Shown one piece after another: positions 1 through 10,200 of a DNA stretch of 64,000 nt (positions are counted from its first letter, which is position 1; each line of letters starts with the position of its first letter). The DNA is from Candidatus Hodarchaeota archaeon. GTDB lineage: Archaea; Asgardarchaeota; Lokiarchaeia; Sigyniarchaeales; SOKP01. Position numbers and translations under genes: made by a program. The stretch spans positions 64,001 to 128,000 of the forward strand of contig JBHLJY010000006.1 in assembly GCA_048887225.1 (NCBI GenBank), written 5' to 3'. The notes beneath the pieces were generated by a model. That model made no database searches. It saw nothing but the letters and a program-made list of their open reading frames with translations, and had not been told where the DNA came from.

Positions 1-291
1 TCTTAGGTGTGCCTTTAAATCGATAAGATTTCTAACACCTCTTCTAACCAAATATTTTTCTATGTTTTCACCGACATAATATACAGTTTTGAGATTATTT
101 ATTAAATTTCTCTTGGTTTTTCCTAAATCAACAATAGGAAAATCTTCTTCAACCCACTTAAGTTCAATAAATTCTCCCATCTCATTTCTTATTATTCGTT
201 GATCTTGAAATAAATCTTCTAATTTTTTCCCTCTATATTGTTTTATTTGTCGGGTGATATCGTAACTTTCGAGATTATAATAGGAATCCAT
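1..291 (-). CDS. Partial CDS running off the window start; possibly YprB-like RNase H-fold exonuclease N-terminus
   Basis: My translation from ATG at 291: MDSYYNLESYDITRQIKQYRGKKLEDLF...LKTVYYVGENIEKYLVRRGVRNLIDL, open to base 1, with an HhH-like segment. Confidence 0.5.
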   Translation of the reverse strand, partial: MDSYYNLESYDITRQIKQYRGKKLEDLFQDQRIIRNEMGEFIELKWVEEDFPIVDLGKTKRNLINNLKTVYYVGENIEKYLVRRGVRNLIDLKAHLR

Positions 292-483
292 TGTCTATAT
301 TAATTAAGAAGTTTTATTTAATAATTTATTGGGTGATAATTTTTAATAATTCTGAAACCTTTGAAATTGCTACTATAAACTTCTATGTTGGTTTTGCGTT
401 ACCAAAATTTATAATAGAGCTCATTATTAAAGAAGCCTAATTTTTTCTTAAACAATTTTGAAAAGGAATAGTAAGAAAAAAAT

Positions 484-1818
484 TTATAAATCTATTCGTG
501 GAATAACATCCTCAATTTCTCTCCTTGTAGGTTTATACTTAAAGTATCTTCTTGATTCACTATCTTCAAGTACATAATTTGATCCACCGCCGTGGATCAT
601 ACAATATGGATCTAATAATCCAATTGGATTGGAGTATTGCCTTATAAAGCCACGACCACCCATGGTCCTGAAACAATGTATTGCGCTTTCAAAACCAAGC
701 TCAGTACTAGAGATTTTAAGCCCCATTGCTTGAGCTGCCATTAATTTAGAACTTGCTAGTTCTGGTCGTCGATCTAATTCTCTTGCATAATTTATCAATG
801 TAGAAATTAAAAGATTCATCTCCCTTATGTTCTTAGATATTGGGAATCTTATAACTTGGTATTGATGCAACCGTCTCTCAAATTGTCTACGATGAAGTGC
901 GTATGTATGAGAATAAAGAAGCTTTTTCATAGCATCTCCTAATGCTTCAGCGCTAATGACTAATCTTTCTTCTGTAAGCTGATGAAAGGCTATATCTAAT
1001 CCATTTCCATGAAGTAGATTTTCTAATGGCTGCTCTACTCTGTCAAAGATCAATCTACTTACGAAAGCATCAGTCATACCATATGTTCTTATTCTTGCTG
1101 ATCTAAAATTCTTTAGCTGTTGATTTTCAGTATCAATTATAATAGCTCCTAATGGTCCATTGTTTATTCTTCCATAAACAATTATATAATCAGCGATCAT
1201 ACCATTAGTAATGAATACTTTCTTACCTTTAAGAATTGCTTTATCATCCTTTATTTGAATATTTAATTCCATTCTTGCTATATCGCTTCCAGCGTTAAAT
1301 TCAGTCATAGCGGATGCTGCAGGTGCACCATCTTTGGCAACGGGAACTAAGAATTTTTCCTTTTGCTGTTCGGTCGCTTTATAATTGACGGGATTACAGT
1401 ATAAAGTTCCTCCAGAAAGACGTCCCATTTCAACGCTATAATTTCCTGCAATATATTGCTCGCTCGATTCACTCCATCTCCCACCACATAATGCATAAGC
1501 GATAAGTGCATTTCTTGTTATCTTCCCAACTTCAAAATCATCGTCGTTAAGAATTGTGCTATAATATCCGTTATCAGCTAATTTTTTTAGGATATTAATA
1601 ACAATTACTCTTTTTTTATCCTGAGTAGGTTCCTCGACGAAATAATCGAGTTCTTCTAAAGCTTTCAGATCTGTATCAAGATCTCGTTCTAAAAAATCAT
1701 AAAAATCTGATAGGAATTCCTTTTCTTGCGGAGTAAGTAAAGGATTAGCTAAGAGGTCTAATTCAGGTACATATTTTTGGATTCTTATTGGTTCAAAATC
1801 TCTTAATCTAGTATCCAT
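484..1818 (-). CDS. Acyl-CoA dehydrogenase family protein
   Basis: AMTEFNAGSD, LKGKKVFITNG, ERL and RRQFERRL motifs. Confidence 0.9.
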   Translation of the reverse strand: MDTRLRDFEPIRIQKYVPELDLLANPLLTPQEKEFLSDFYDFLERDLDTDLKALEELDYFVEEPTQDKKRVIVINILKKLADNGYYSTILNDDDFEVGKITRNALIAYALCGGRWSESSEQYIAGNYSVEMGRLSGGTLYCNPVNYKATEQQKEKFLVPVAKDGAPAASAMTEFNAGSDIARMELNIQIKDDKAILKGKKVFITNGMIADYIIVYGRINNGPLGAIIIDTENQQLKNFRSARIRTYGMTDAFVSRLIFDRVEQPLENLLHGNGLDIAFHQLTEERLVISAEALGDAMKKLLYSHTYALHRRQFERRLHQYQVIRFPISKNIREMNLLISTLINYARELDRRPELASSKLMAAQAMGLKISSTELGFESAIHCFRTMGGRGFIRQYSNPIGLLDPYCMIHGGGSNYVLEDSESRRYFKYKPTRREIEDVIPRIDL

Positions 1819-1980
1819 AATACCTCATTTTTAGATTTTAAATTTTGACTATTTAATTCTAATTTAAAAAATCAATTTTAGCATAAATAAATTTATAATA
1901 TTAATATTGAACAAAATCCAATAATAGATCATAATTATAAAATTCAGATTAAAAAAAATTTAAAAAATAATTGAAAAAAA

Positions 1981-3225
1981 ATGAGTAGAAAAGTATGTGT
2001 AATTGGAATCGGGCATACAGATTTTAATTCCATGACTCCAGATGTTCAATGGAAAGAAATCATGTATGAAGCATGTAATAAAGCTTATGCCGATGCAGGA
2101 ATTGATGTTCGAAAAGATGTTGGTAGTTTCATTACCTGTGCTGAAGATTTCTGGGAAGGGTTTAGCATTTTTGATGAATTTGTTCCAGATCAAATTGGTG
2201 CATTATTGAGACCGTGTTGTACTGTATGTGGCGATGGACTTTATGGCTTAGGGAATGCCTACATGCAAATTATGACGGGATATTTTGATATTGTTGCGGT
2301 TGAAGCCCATAGTAAAGTCTCGGATTTGCTAACGTATGGAAACATTATACTTCATGCTTTTGATCCTAGATTTGAAAAACCAGTTACTGGTCCTGTTGAG
2401 AGACCCAATTATAAAGAGAGTCCAACCTATCCTCCTTCGAGTCCAAAACCTTTAATAGGAAGTTCGGACGAAAAAGAGAGAGTTCATCCTTATTTCTTGG
2501 CAGGTTTAGAAATGCAGCATTATTTGAAAACTACAGGTACTACTGAAGAACAATGTTCGTCTGTAGTGGTTAAGAACAAGAAAAATGCATTCTTTAATCC
2601 TTATGCTGACTACGAAGCAAAAATTTCTGTTGAAGATGTTATGAATTCAGAGTGCCTTTTCAAACCTTTAAAAAGTTTAGATATAAGTCCTAATGTTGAT
2701 GGAGCCATTTGCTTTGTCTTAGCTGACGACCAAACAGCTAAAAATTTAGGAATTGAGCCCATCTTTCTCTCCGGATTTGGATGGTGTTCAGAAACACCTT
2801 GGCTTGCAACTAGAGGTATGGATGCTCTATACGCGAAAGAAGCGGCTAAGATGGCATACAAAATGGCGGGAATTAAAGATCCTAAAAAAGAGATTTGTAT
2901 TGCGGAAGTTGATGATAGATTTTCATATAAAGAACTTCAACATCTCGAAGCTTTAGGTCTTGCAGAACCCGGAGAGGCAGGACAATTAGTAGAAGAGGGA
3001 GCATTGGACATTAATGGTTCACTTCCAACAAACATGTCGGGTGGAGCCTTAGGAGTGGGAAACTGTCTTGAAGCCACTGGATTACAAAAAGCTTTAGAAA
3101 TAGTCACACAGCTTAGAGGGCATGCCGCAAAGAGACAAATCTCAGATGTTGAGCGGGGAATTGCTCAATCTTGGCGTTTTCTTCCCTCTGGAAGCGGAGC
3201 AGTAGCGATATTTGAGAGAGGATAA
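1981..3225 (+). CDS. SCP-x/Ltp-type thiolase-fold protein (xDG type), module 1
   Basis: VIGIGHT start, VVKNKKNA, SPNVDGA, NMSGG; VCGDG at the usual CxS position. Confidence 0.88.
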   Translation: MSRKVCVIGIGHTDFNSMTPDVQWKEIMYEACNKAYADAGIDVRKDVGSFITCAEDFWEGFSIFDEFVPDQIGALLRPCCTVCGDGLYGLGNAYMQIMTGYFDIVAVEAHSKVSDLLTYGNIILHAFDPRFEKPVTGPVERPNYKESPTYPPSSPKPLIGSSDEKERVHPYFLAGLEMQHYLKTTGTTEEQCSSVVVKNKKNAFFNPYADYEAKISVEDVMNSECLFKPLKSLDISPNVDGAICFVLADDQTAKNLGIEPIFLSGFGWCSETPWLATRGMDALYAKEAAKMAYKMAGIKDPKKEICIAEVDDRFSYKELQHLEALGLAEPGEAGQLVEEGALDINGSLPTNMSGGALGVGNCLEATGLQKALEIVTQLRGHAAKRQISDVERGIAQSWRFLPSGSGAVAIFERG

Positions 3226-3243
3226 GGAGGTGCGAGAAAAAAG

Positions 3244-4407
3244 ATGAAAGATGTAGCAGTTATTGGAGCCGGCATGACTTTATTTCGTAGGCATTTAATG
3301 GAGACTGGCAAAGAACTCTCCTATTTGGCTACAAAAATGGCAATGGAAGATGCTGGTATTCAAAAGGATGATATTGATATGGTTGTTATGGGCTCTGCTC
3401 CAGATGCTTTTGACGGCATCCATATGAAAGGAGAAAATTTATTAGATGGAGCAGCTGCAGCGGGAAAACCATATGTTAGAGTATTCAATGGGGGAGGCAC
3501 TGGTGTATTTGCTCCAATTGCAGGATGGTGGCACGTTGCATCAGGCGTAGCTGACGTGTGTTTAGTTGTATGCGAAGAAAAAATGGGCAATACTTATCCT
3601 CATCCACAAACAGCTTTTAGACACATATGGGATCCAGTTTTAGATAGACCACTTAACCCTAATTTAGTGTGGTTGTTTGCTATGGAAATGAACCGGTATA
3701 TGACAGTCCATGGAATTAAAAAAGAAGATATAGCAAGAGTCGCAGTAAAGAATAAAAGAAATGCAGTAGGTCATCCATGTGCCCAGTTAGCAGATCCAAA
3801 CATTACAGTTGATGATGTCTTGAATTCTGAAATTATGGCGTGGCCTGTGCAGAGATTAGATATTAGTCCACCGAGCGATGGTGCCGCGGCATTAATATTT
3901 TGCAATAAAGACGTTGTACACAAATTCACAGATGAACGTATCTATGTTGCTAGCGTTGGATGGAGTATTGACAGTACAATGTGGACTAATCGAGATTTAT
4001 ACTTCCCTCGATATGTAGCGGAGGCTGCGAAAATGGCATATAAAAAAGCAGGAATTATAAACCCTCCAAAGGATATAGATTTTGCTGAACCTTATGATCC
4101 ATTTGATTATAAAGAATTGCATCACATGGAGGGGCTTTTACTCTGTGATAAAGGTGAAGCACCAATCCTTACGAGGGAGGGAGTTACCCAGCGAGATGGT
4201 GATTTACCAATATGTCCTTCAGGAGGGCTTTTAGGAGTAGGCAATCCTATTGCGGCGACAATGGGACAGAAAGTATGTGAATTATATTGGCAACTTGCAG
4301 GTAAAGCGGGGAAGAGACAAATCCCAGGTGATCCAAGAGTCGGCGTAGGGCAAGCGTGGGGTGATATAATGCAAATGGCTACCGTAATAGTATTAAGGAG
4401 GGAATAA
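3244..4407 (+). CDS. SCP-x/Ltp-type thiolase-fold protein (GGT type), module 1
   Basis: VIGAGMT, NGGGTG, AVKNKRNA, SPPSDGA, YDPF, PSGGLLGVGNP. Confidence 0.9.
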   Translation: MKDVAVIGAGMTLFRRHLMETGKELSYLATKMAMEDAGIQKDDIDMVVMGSAPDAFDGIHMKGENLLDGAAAAGKPYVRVFNGGGTGVFAPIAGWWHVASGVADVCLVVCEEKMGNTYPHPQTAFRHIWDPVLDRPLNPNLVWLFAMEMNRYMTVHGIKKEDIARVAVKNKRNAVGHPCAQLADPNITVDDVLNSEIMAWPVQRLDISPPSDGAAALIFCNKDVVHKFTDERIYVASVGWSIDSTMWTNRDLYFPRYVAEAAKMAYKKAGIINPPKDIDFAEPYDPFDYKELHHMEGLLLCDKGEAPILTREGVTQRDGDLPICPSGGLLGVGNPIAATMGQKVCELYWQLAGKAGKRQIPGDPRVGVGQAWGDIMQMATVIVLRRE

Positions 4408-4411
4408 AAAA

Positions 4412-4945
4412 ATGGCAGAAGAGAGAAAAGATTGGCCGCCTTATGCTCCAGGCACTCATGTTAGGGAAAGTGATATTAGAGAAAAGAAAATTACATATAC
4501 ATGGTGGGAGCCTGAGGTTCAGTATAGTTGGAGCCTAGGTCCCGCAATGAGCAAATTTTTACAAGGTCTCAAAGCTGGAAAAATTATTGGGATAAATTGT
4601 AAACGATGTAAGCGAGTCATTGTACCTCCAAGAATGTTTTGCGAATATTGTTACGGACCTACAGAAGAATGGGTAGAATTAAAAGATACTGGAACTATAG
4701 AAACTTTCTCAATCTCATATCTAGACCCTGATGCAAGAAGAATTGAGGAACCTATTCTTGTTGGCGTAGTTTCCATTGATGGAGCTTCTCCTCAACATGG
4801 TTTCATGCACTATTTTGGAGAGATGACAAAGGAAGAGATTAAGATCGGCATGAAGGTCAAGGCAGTTTGGAAGCCAGAGAACGAGAGAGAAGGTTCCATA
4901 AATGATATAAAATATTTCAAACCTTTAAGAGGAGGTGAAATTTAA
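4412..4945 (+). CDS. DUF35 Zn-ribbon/OB-fold protein
   Basis: CKRC..VPPRMFCEYC, GTIETFS, IGMKVKAVW. Confidence 0.9.
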   Translation: MAEERKDWPPYAPGTHVRESDIREKKITYTWWEPEVQYSWSLGPAMSKFLQGLKAGKIIGINCKRCKRVIVPPRMFCEYCYGPTEEWVELKDTGTIETFSISYLDPDARRIEEPILVGVVSIDGASPQHGFMHYFGEMTKEEIKIGMKVKAVWKPENEREGSINDIKYFKPLRGGEI

Positions 4946-5424
4946 TGACATTCGGAGAAAAACAAACAGATCCGACATCCCCAATGCATTGGAGGGGAGA
5001 TATGCAAGCAGATTATTTCTATCCAAGCGGACTTGCTGGAGAAAAGTTTTTCAGACATTTAATGCAAATGGATACATTCTTAGCAACAAGATGTCCAAAA
5101 TGTATTAAAGTATTATTCCCACCAAGATTATATTGCGAGGATTGCTTTACAGAAATTACAGACAACGATTGGGCAGAAGTCCCAGCAGCCGGCACAGTTA
5201 GACTTTTCACAGTAGCAACCATTAACGCCCATGGAAAAAAAATGGAAAAACCAAAGATCATAGCACTTATTGATATAGAAAAAACAGATGGGGCAATGCT
5301 GGGAATAATTAAAACTAACGATTTAGAAAATGATTTTTGCGGTGTAAAGGTAAAGGCAGTGCTAAAGCCTAAAGAGAAAAGAGAAGGAACTGTAAAAGAT
5401 ATACTATACTTTGAAGTAGTGTAA
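4945..5424 (+). CDS. DUF35 Zn-ribbon/OB-fold protein
   Basis: CPKC..FPPRLYCEDC; start overlaps the upstream stop (TAATG). Confidence 0.9.
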   Translation: MTFGEKQTDPTSPMHWRGDMQADYFYPSGLAGEKFFRHLMQMDTFLATRCPKCIKVLFPPRLYCEDCFTEITDNDWAEVPAAGTVRLFTVATINAHGKKMEKPKIIALIDIEKTDGAMLGIIKTNDLENDFCGVKVKAVLKPKEKREGTVKDILYFEVV

Positions 5425-5522
5425 TAATCTTTTTTTTCCTTATATTTTTTTTCTTTCCTATTTTTTTATGTAGTTAATAAAAAGCAAATAAAAAAAAATA
5501 GTAGAACTAATAATTTTTTTAT
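5425..5522. terminator. Probable bidirectional oligo-T terminator between convergent operons
   Basis: T-runs on + strand after 5424 and A-runs (T on - strand) before 5523. Confidence 0.45.
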
Positions 5523-6041
5523 TTATTCGATGCTACCTTCTTCTTTATTCAGTTCGATTCCTGGATCTTCGATTGGTTCGTAACAATCTATATCCATCCA
5601 TAAGCCCTTCCGCTCTTTAGCCCATACGACTTTTAGGGGCATTCCTATATAAACTGAATTGAAATCAACGTCCTCAGCCATATTATGAACCAACATAGTA
5701 TCCGACCCATCTTGCCGAACAGCTATAACTGGAAAGGGATGTTCTCTATTCTTATCATCTTCGTCGTAGTTTGCAGAACCAGTTGCTACTGAGGCTGTTT
5801 CAGGCAATCTAACCCATTGATCGGGTTTTACTAAACATCTTCCGCAAATTAGTCTTGGAGGAAAGGAAACTGTGTTGCATGATCTACACTTTAATCCTAG
5901 GATTATTCCATCCTTTAAACCTTTTAAAAATACTTTCGTCCTTGATAAATTAAACTTGTATTTATAAGACGTCAAATACCAATTTCCTTTCAATGTTCTT
6001 GTTTTTATATAATCTTTTTTAACATAAGCTGGTAGTGGCAT
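5523..6041 (-). CDS. DUF35 Zn-ribbon/OB-fold protein
   Basis: CRSC..FPPRLICGRC, IGMPLKVVW. Confidence 0.88.
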   Translation of the reverse strand: MPLPAYVKKDYIKTRTLKGNWYLTSYKYKFNLSRTKVFLKGLKDGIILGLKCRSCNTVSFPPRLICGRCLVKPDQWVRLPETASVATGSANYDEDDKNREHPFPVIAVRQDGSDTMLVHNMAEDVDFNSVYIGMPLKVVWAKERKGLWMDIDCYEPIEDPGIELNKEEGSIE

Positions 6042-6055
6042 TTTCTTTTATCACC

Positions 6056-7300
6056 TCACCTAAATTTACGTTGTGGCTCATCTGCCATAACAACGTGTGT
6101 TATTAAATTTATTGCGCCCCCCCAACCATGTCCAAGAGCTGCATGAACTGTCTTAGGAACTTGATTTCCCGCTTTACCCATGATTTGTAAAGCAGATTCA
6201 GCAGGTCTTTCCATTGCCGAAGCTCCAATTGCGTTTGTAGCATTTACTCCTCCAGAACAGTTCACTGGTAGCTCACCATTTAATGCAGTAACTCCATTTT
6301 CATAAGCTTCAGGAGCAGTGTTTGGCTCAAATAGCCCAACTCTCTCCACCCATTGCAATTCTTGATTTGGAAAAGGAGAATACACTTCTGCGTAATCAAT
6401 TTCTTTGTTTGGGAAAGAAATTCCCGCTTGACTATAAGCAACCTCAGAAGATTTGACAGCGCCTAATTGTTCACAAGGGTCAATTTGTCCTGCTCCGCTA
6501 CAATCAACTCCTATTATAGCAGGTTCATTGGCATAACTAGCAACACCATTTACATAAACAGGAATGTCGGCTATTTGTTTTGCCTTATCTTCGGTAGTAA
6601 ATAATACAGCACATGCACCATCGGAGGCAGGACATACCATTCCAAATCTTAATGGAAACGAAATATATGGTGTATCTAACACATCTTCAATTGTAATAGT
6701 AGGCATCTTTAAGTGTGTCCACCAATTTTTTGCAGCATTTCTTCTATTTTGTACAACTACCCGAGCTAAGTCTTCTTCAGTGGCTTTACTTCTTCTCATA
6801 TAATTCATTGCCTGGTATGACGCAACGCCAATTGCAGCTCCAGCACCCATATTTCTCCTTAATCTATCGGTTTCATAGCCTAAACTTGGGAAAATGGATA
6901 ATTCGCCTAATGCCACAGTAGCTAATCCCAATGTCGTATTCCCACATGATTGTTGTTCGAAGGCAACTGCTAATACCATATCGTATAATCCTGAAGCTAT
7001 AGCATAATATCCAGAGATAAATACAGAACCGCCAGTTGTTCCACCAGTTGTAACCCTCAAAAGAGCTTTGTTCTTAGCAGCTATATGGTCTGTCATCCAT
7101 AATTCTGGCATATTTGCACCTTCAAAGGCAGGCATATTCCCATTTATTACACAATCAATATCATTCCACTCAACAGACTCAGCTTTACTTAAACAGTCTT
7201 CAACTGCCTCATTTACCAATTCCGCCATATTTACATCAGATCGCTTGGAAGCGTGTTCACAAAAACCACAACTTATTACTGCGGGTTGTACTTTAGCCAT
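6056..7300 (-). CDS. SCP-x/Ltp3-like thiolase-fold protein (GGT type), module 2
   Basis: TTGGTTGG, CPASDGA, NCSGGVNATNAIG; start set at MAKVQ behind a GGAGGTGA SD-like site. Confidence 0.88.
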   Translation of the reverse strand: MAKVQPAVISCGFCEHASKRSDVNMAELVNEAVEDCLSKAESVEWNDIDCVINGNMPAFEGANMPELWMTDHIAAKNKALLRVTTGGTTGGSVFISGYYAIASGLYDMVLAVAFEQQSCGNTTLGLATVALGELSIFPSLGYETDRLRRNMGAGAAIGVASYQAMNYMRRSKATEEDLARVVVQNRRNAAKNWWTHLKMPTITIEDVLDTPYISFPLRFGMVCPASDGACAVLFTTEDKAKQIADIPVYVNGVASYANEPAIIGVDCSGAGQIDPCEQLGAVKSSEVAYSQAGISFPNKEIDYAEVYSPFPNQELQWVERVGLFEPNTAPEAYENGVTALNGELPVNCSGGVNATNAIGASAMERPAESALQIMGKAGNQVPKTVHAALGHGWGGAINLITHVVMADEPQRKFR

Positions 7301-7301
7301 T

Positions 7302-8435
7302 TTATTTTTCACCTCCTTCTAACACATATATTATATTATTTTGAGCACAAAAGCCGACTTGTCCCGAAGCAATAGCTTTATTTGCTCCAGATACTTGATG
7401 TCCATCTGCATCACCTCGAATTTGTTTCACTGCCTCCATTATTCTTGTTAAACCATTTGCTGCAGGTGTATACCCTGCCATTGTTCCTCCTGAAGGATTA
7501 AGCTTTCCAGTGTCAATTAAAGAGATACCTTTCCCTTTATCGGCCAAACCCGCTGCTTCAGCCAAAATCAAATCTTCGCATGCGGTATGTCCAAAAAGTT
7601 CGGCTACATCAATTTCCCTTTTTGGATCTTTTATACCTGCTAATTTATATGCTCTTTCTGCAGCTTTTTCCATTGATAAACAACTGCTTAAATCTCTATC
7701 ACCTAAATAATATGTCTCATTGAAATGTCCTACACCAGTAACCCATACAGGCTTATCTGTTATTTTTAAAGCTTGTCTTTCTGGAGCGAGAATCACTGCT
7801 GTTATGCCATCACATAGGATTGGATACATTAATTCCCTTAAGGGGGTACTCAATACTTCGGAGTTTAACACATCAGCAACAGAAATATTCGGTTTTTTAG
7901 CTTCTGCTAATGCTAAGGGATTTTTAGCGGCATTTCTTAAATTATACGCAGCAACGTTAGCAATATCTTCTTCTGAAAGCCCAAAAGTATTTAAATAAGC
8001 CCTCATCTGCATAGCTCCTGCAGTATAACTATTTAAAAGATTAATTGGGCGATCAAACGTAGGATCATTTTCTAAAACTCGAACAGATTCGTATGGAAAA
8101 CAAGAGGGCATACTTAATCCGTAGATCATTGCCAATTTATGATTACCTGATAAGATTCTCATTAATCCATACATCATTGCGTGAGCTCCATCCATCTCAA
8201 CTTTACTTTCATCCTTCATATATGCTCCACTCGATTCTACTTTAAAACAATTTGAGATGGTTTTACCATCGTAATAATCGTTGGAGCATCCAATAACGGT
8301 TGATAAATCATCTCGTTTTAAGCCTGCATGATCTAATGCCCCTCGTGTTGCCTCAAAAAGCATCTCATAAGGGCTCATCATTTTATCCAAGTCGGGCTTT
8401 ACTTGATAAAAACCTACTACTCCTACTTTATCCAT
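7302..8435 (-). CDS. SCP-x/Ltp4-like thiolase-fold protein (xDG type), module 2
   Basis: ESKVEMDGAHA, DGITA, NPSGG. Confidence 0.88.
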   Translation of the reverse strand: MDKVGVVGFYQVKPDLDKMMSPYEMLFEATRGALDHAGLKRDDLSTVIGCSNDYYDGKTISNCFKVESSGAYMKDESKVEMDGAHAMMYGLMRILSGNHKLAMIYGLSMPSCFPYESVRVLENDPTFDRPINLLNSYTAGAMQMRAYLNTFGLSEEDIANVAAYNLRNAAKNPLALAEAKKPNISVADVLNSEVLSTPLRELMYPILCDGITAVILAPERQALKITDKPVWVTGVGHFNETYYLGDRDLSSCLSMEKAAERAYKLAGIKDPKREIDVAELFGHTACEDLILAEAAGLADKGKGISLIDTGKLNPSGGTMAGYTPAANGLTRIMEAVKQIRGDADGHQVSGANKAIASGQVGFCAQNNIIYVLEGGEK

Positions 8436-8437
8436 CT

Positions 8438-8914
8438 TTAAGCACCTCCTATTGGCTCAAATCCTGCAATGTCGCTAGGGTGGCCCTTAATTCTTTTTGC
8501 CCAAACTATTTTTACTTTCATACCTATTTTTAAATCTTCTGGATTGACATTTAAAATTGGCACAATCATAGCATTATTTGCTCCATCAATTTGGACCAAT
8601 CCCACAATCTGATCCTTATTCACTTTTCTTGTTTTTCGCTCAGTAATTTTGTAATTTGTCGCCGTGAAATTCTTTAAGACGCCCGTTTCGGGTAAATCAA
8701 CAAAATCTTCAGCTTTTGCAAAGCAATAGCCACATCTATTTCTAGGTGGTAAAAAGACTTTTCCACATTTAGAACATTTGGTACCAATAAATTTCTTTTC
8801 TTGAAGTCCATAGTAGAATTTATCCATGACAACTCCGACCCAAAAATTGAATTCAGCACGTACCATACCTTTTGTGACATATATATCTTGTTCATCATCC
8901 AAATTTAATGACAA
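8438..8914 (-). CDS. DUF35 Zn-ribbon/OB-fold protein
   Basis: CSKC..LPPRNRCGYC, IGMKVKIVW. Confidence 0.9.
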   Translation of the reverse strand: MSLNLDDEQDIYVTKGMVRAEFNFWVGVVMDKFYYGLQEKKFIGTKCSKCGKVFLPPRNRCGYCFAKAEDFVDLPETGVLKNFTATNYKITERKTRKVNKDQIVGLVQIDGANNAMIVPILNVNPEDLKIGMKVKIVWAKRIKGHPSDIAGFEPIGGA

Positions 8915-9088
8915 TATCTTTCACACTTTTATTTTTTTTTGATTTCTGAAAAATTGTTTAATAAATAATATTTTACATGTTCTATTATTTATAACTTTCA
9001 AAAATATATCTCGTTTTGGAGATTGAATTTAAAGAAAAAAAGAAAAATAATAAAAAAAATAGAAATTGGTTAGTGGAATTAATTCTTC

Positions 9089-9991
9089 TTAGTATACATC
9101 ACTTTTTAGTAAGTTAAAAATCTCTACTGTTTCTGCTGGAGTAGCAACTTCACGTCCTGCAATTTTTGCAACTTTTGCTGCCCATTCTACTTGCTCGTAA
9201 GAACCTTTAGCCAATGCACCATCAACTGTACGGATGTTATCTTCTAATCCAACTCTAATGTGTCCACCCATAGTAGCTGCACACATACCTGCTCGAAACT
9301 GATCTCTTGCTACACCACATACGCTCCATGAGGCATCTGGAGGTTTTAAAGCTAACAAATTAGCTAAATTTTGGAAAGAAAATGGAATTCCTCCTAGTAC
9401 TCCAAATACAAATTGAAAATGAAGGGGATGCTCGAACAAACCTTCTTGTTTATTAAGGAAAAGAACATTATACATACCCCCCATATCGTATATTTCTAAT
9501 TCTGGCTTTGTTCTCGCTCTTCTTATTCGTTTAGCAAACTTTTGAATCATAGAAAAATTGTTCTCAAAAACCAATGCGGGGGCAAGTGTTATCGTTCCTG
9601 TTTTATGATCTCCTACACTAAAATTCATAGAATTTGTATTTAATGAACAAAGAGGTGGTTTATAAGTTTCAACAGGTCGTATTCTTTGTTTTTCAGTTGC
9701 GACCGCACTGATAGCAGTACTTAAGTTAATTAAAAGATCTGGTGCCTTATCTTTTATATTATCTATTACAGCTTTTATAATATCCAATTCATGCGTAGGA
9801 ATTCCTTTTTCTGGGTCCCTTGCGTGAATATGAACAATTGAAGCGCCTGCATCATAGCATTTTTTTGCTTCGTTCCCAAACTCTTCTGCTGTATATGGAA
9901 CATTTTCATTTTGGCTTTTTAACGTTGCTGCGCCTGCTAAAGCGGCACTAATTACCAATTTATTTGACAAATCTGACACTTTTACTTTCAA
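9089..9991 (-). CDS. Beta-keto acid cleavage enzyme (BKACE/DUF849, Kce family)
   Basis: GASIVHIHARD, PELEIYD, GHIRVGLEDN. Confidence 0.92.
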   Translation of the reverse strand: MKVKVSDLSNKLVISAALAGAATLKSQNENVPYTAEEFGNEAKKCYDAGASIVHIHARDPEKGIPTHELDIIKAVIDNIKDKAPDLLINLSTAISAVATEKQRIRPVETYKPPLCSLNTNSMNFSVGDHKTGTITLAPALVFENNFSMIQKFAKRIRRARTKPELEIYDMGGMYNVLFLNKQEGLFEHPLHFQFVFGVLGGIPFSFQNLANLLALKPPDASWSVCGVARDQFRAGMCAATMGGHIRVGLEDNIRTVDGALAKGSYEQVEWAAKVAKIAGREVATPAETVEIFNLLKSDVY

Positions 9992-10200
9992 CCTATATAA
10001 TATATTTTCAATACTATTGATTATAATTTAAACTATTTTAATATATAAAATTTAAATGATTAAAAAAAATAATTCAAACTTTCTTTATATCCATTTGGAA
10101 AAAAATCAAATAAAAACATTATAATATAATCTGATTTAATTTATATCTATATTAGTAATCTATCTGAAATGAATGAAAATAATCTTAAAGAAGTGTGAAA

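Noticed and set aside
2371-2472. BHB-like pairing TTTG AAA AAC / GTT CGGA CGA in thiolase 1
   Set aside because: It needs two G-U pairs, has no outer helix, and excision would break an intact reading frame.
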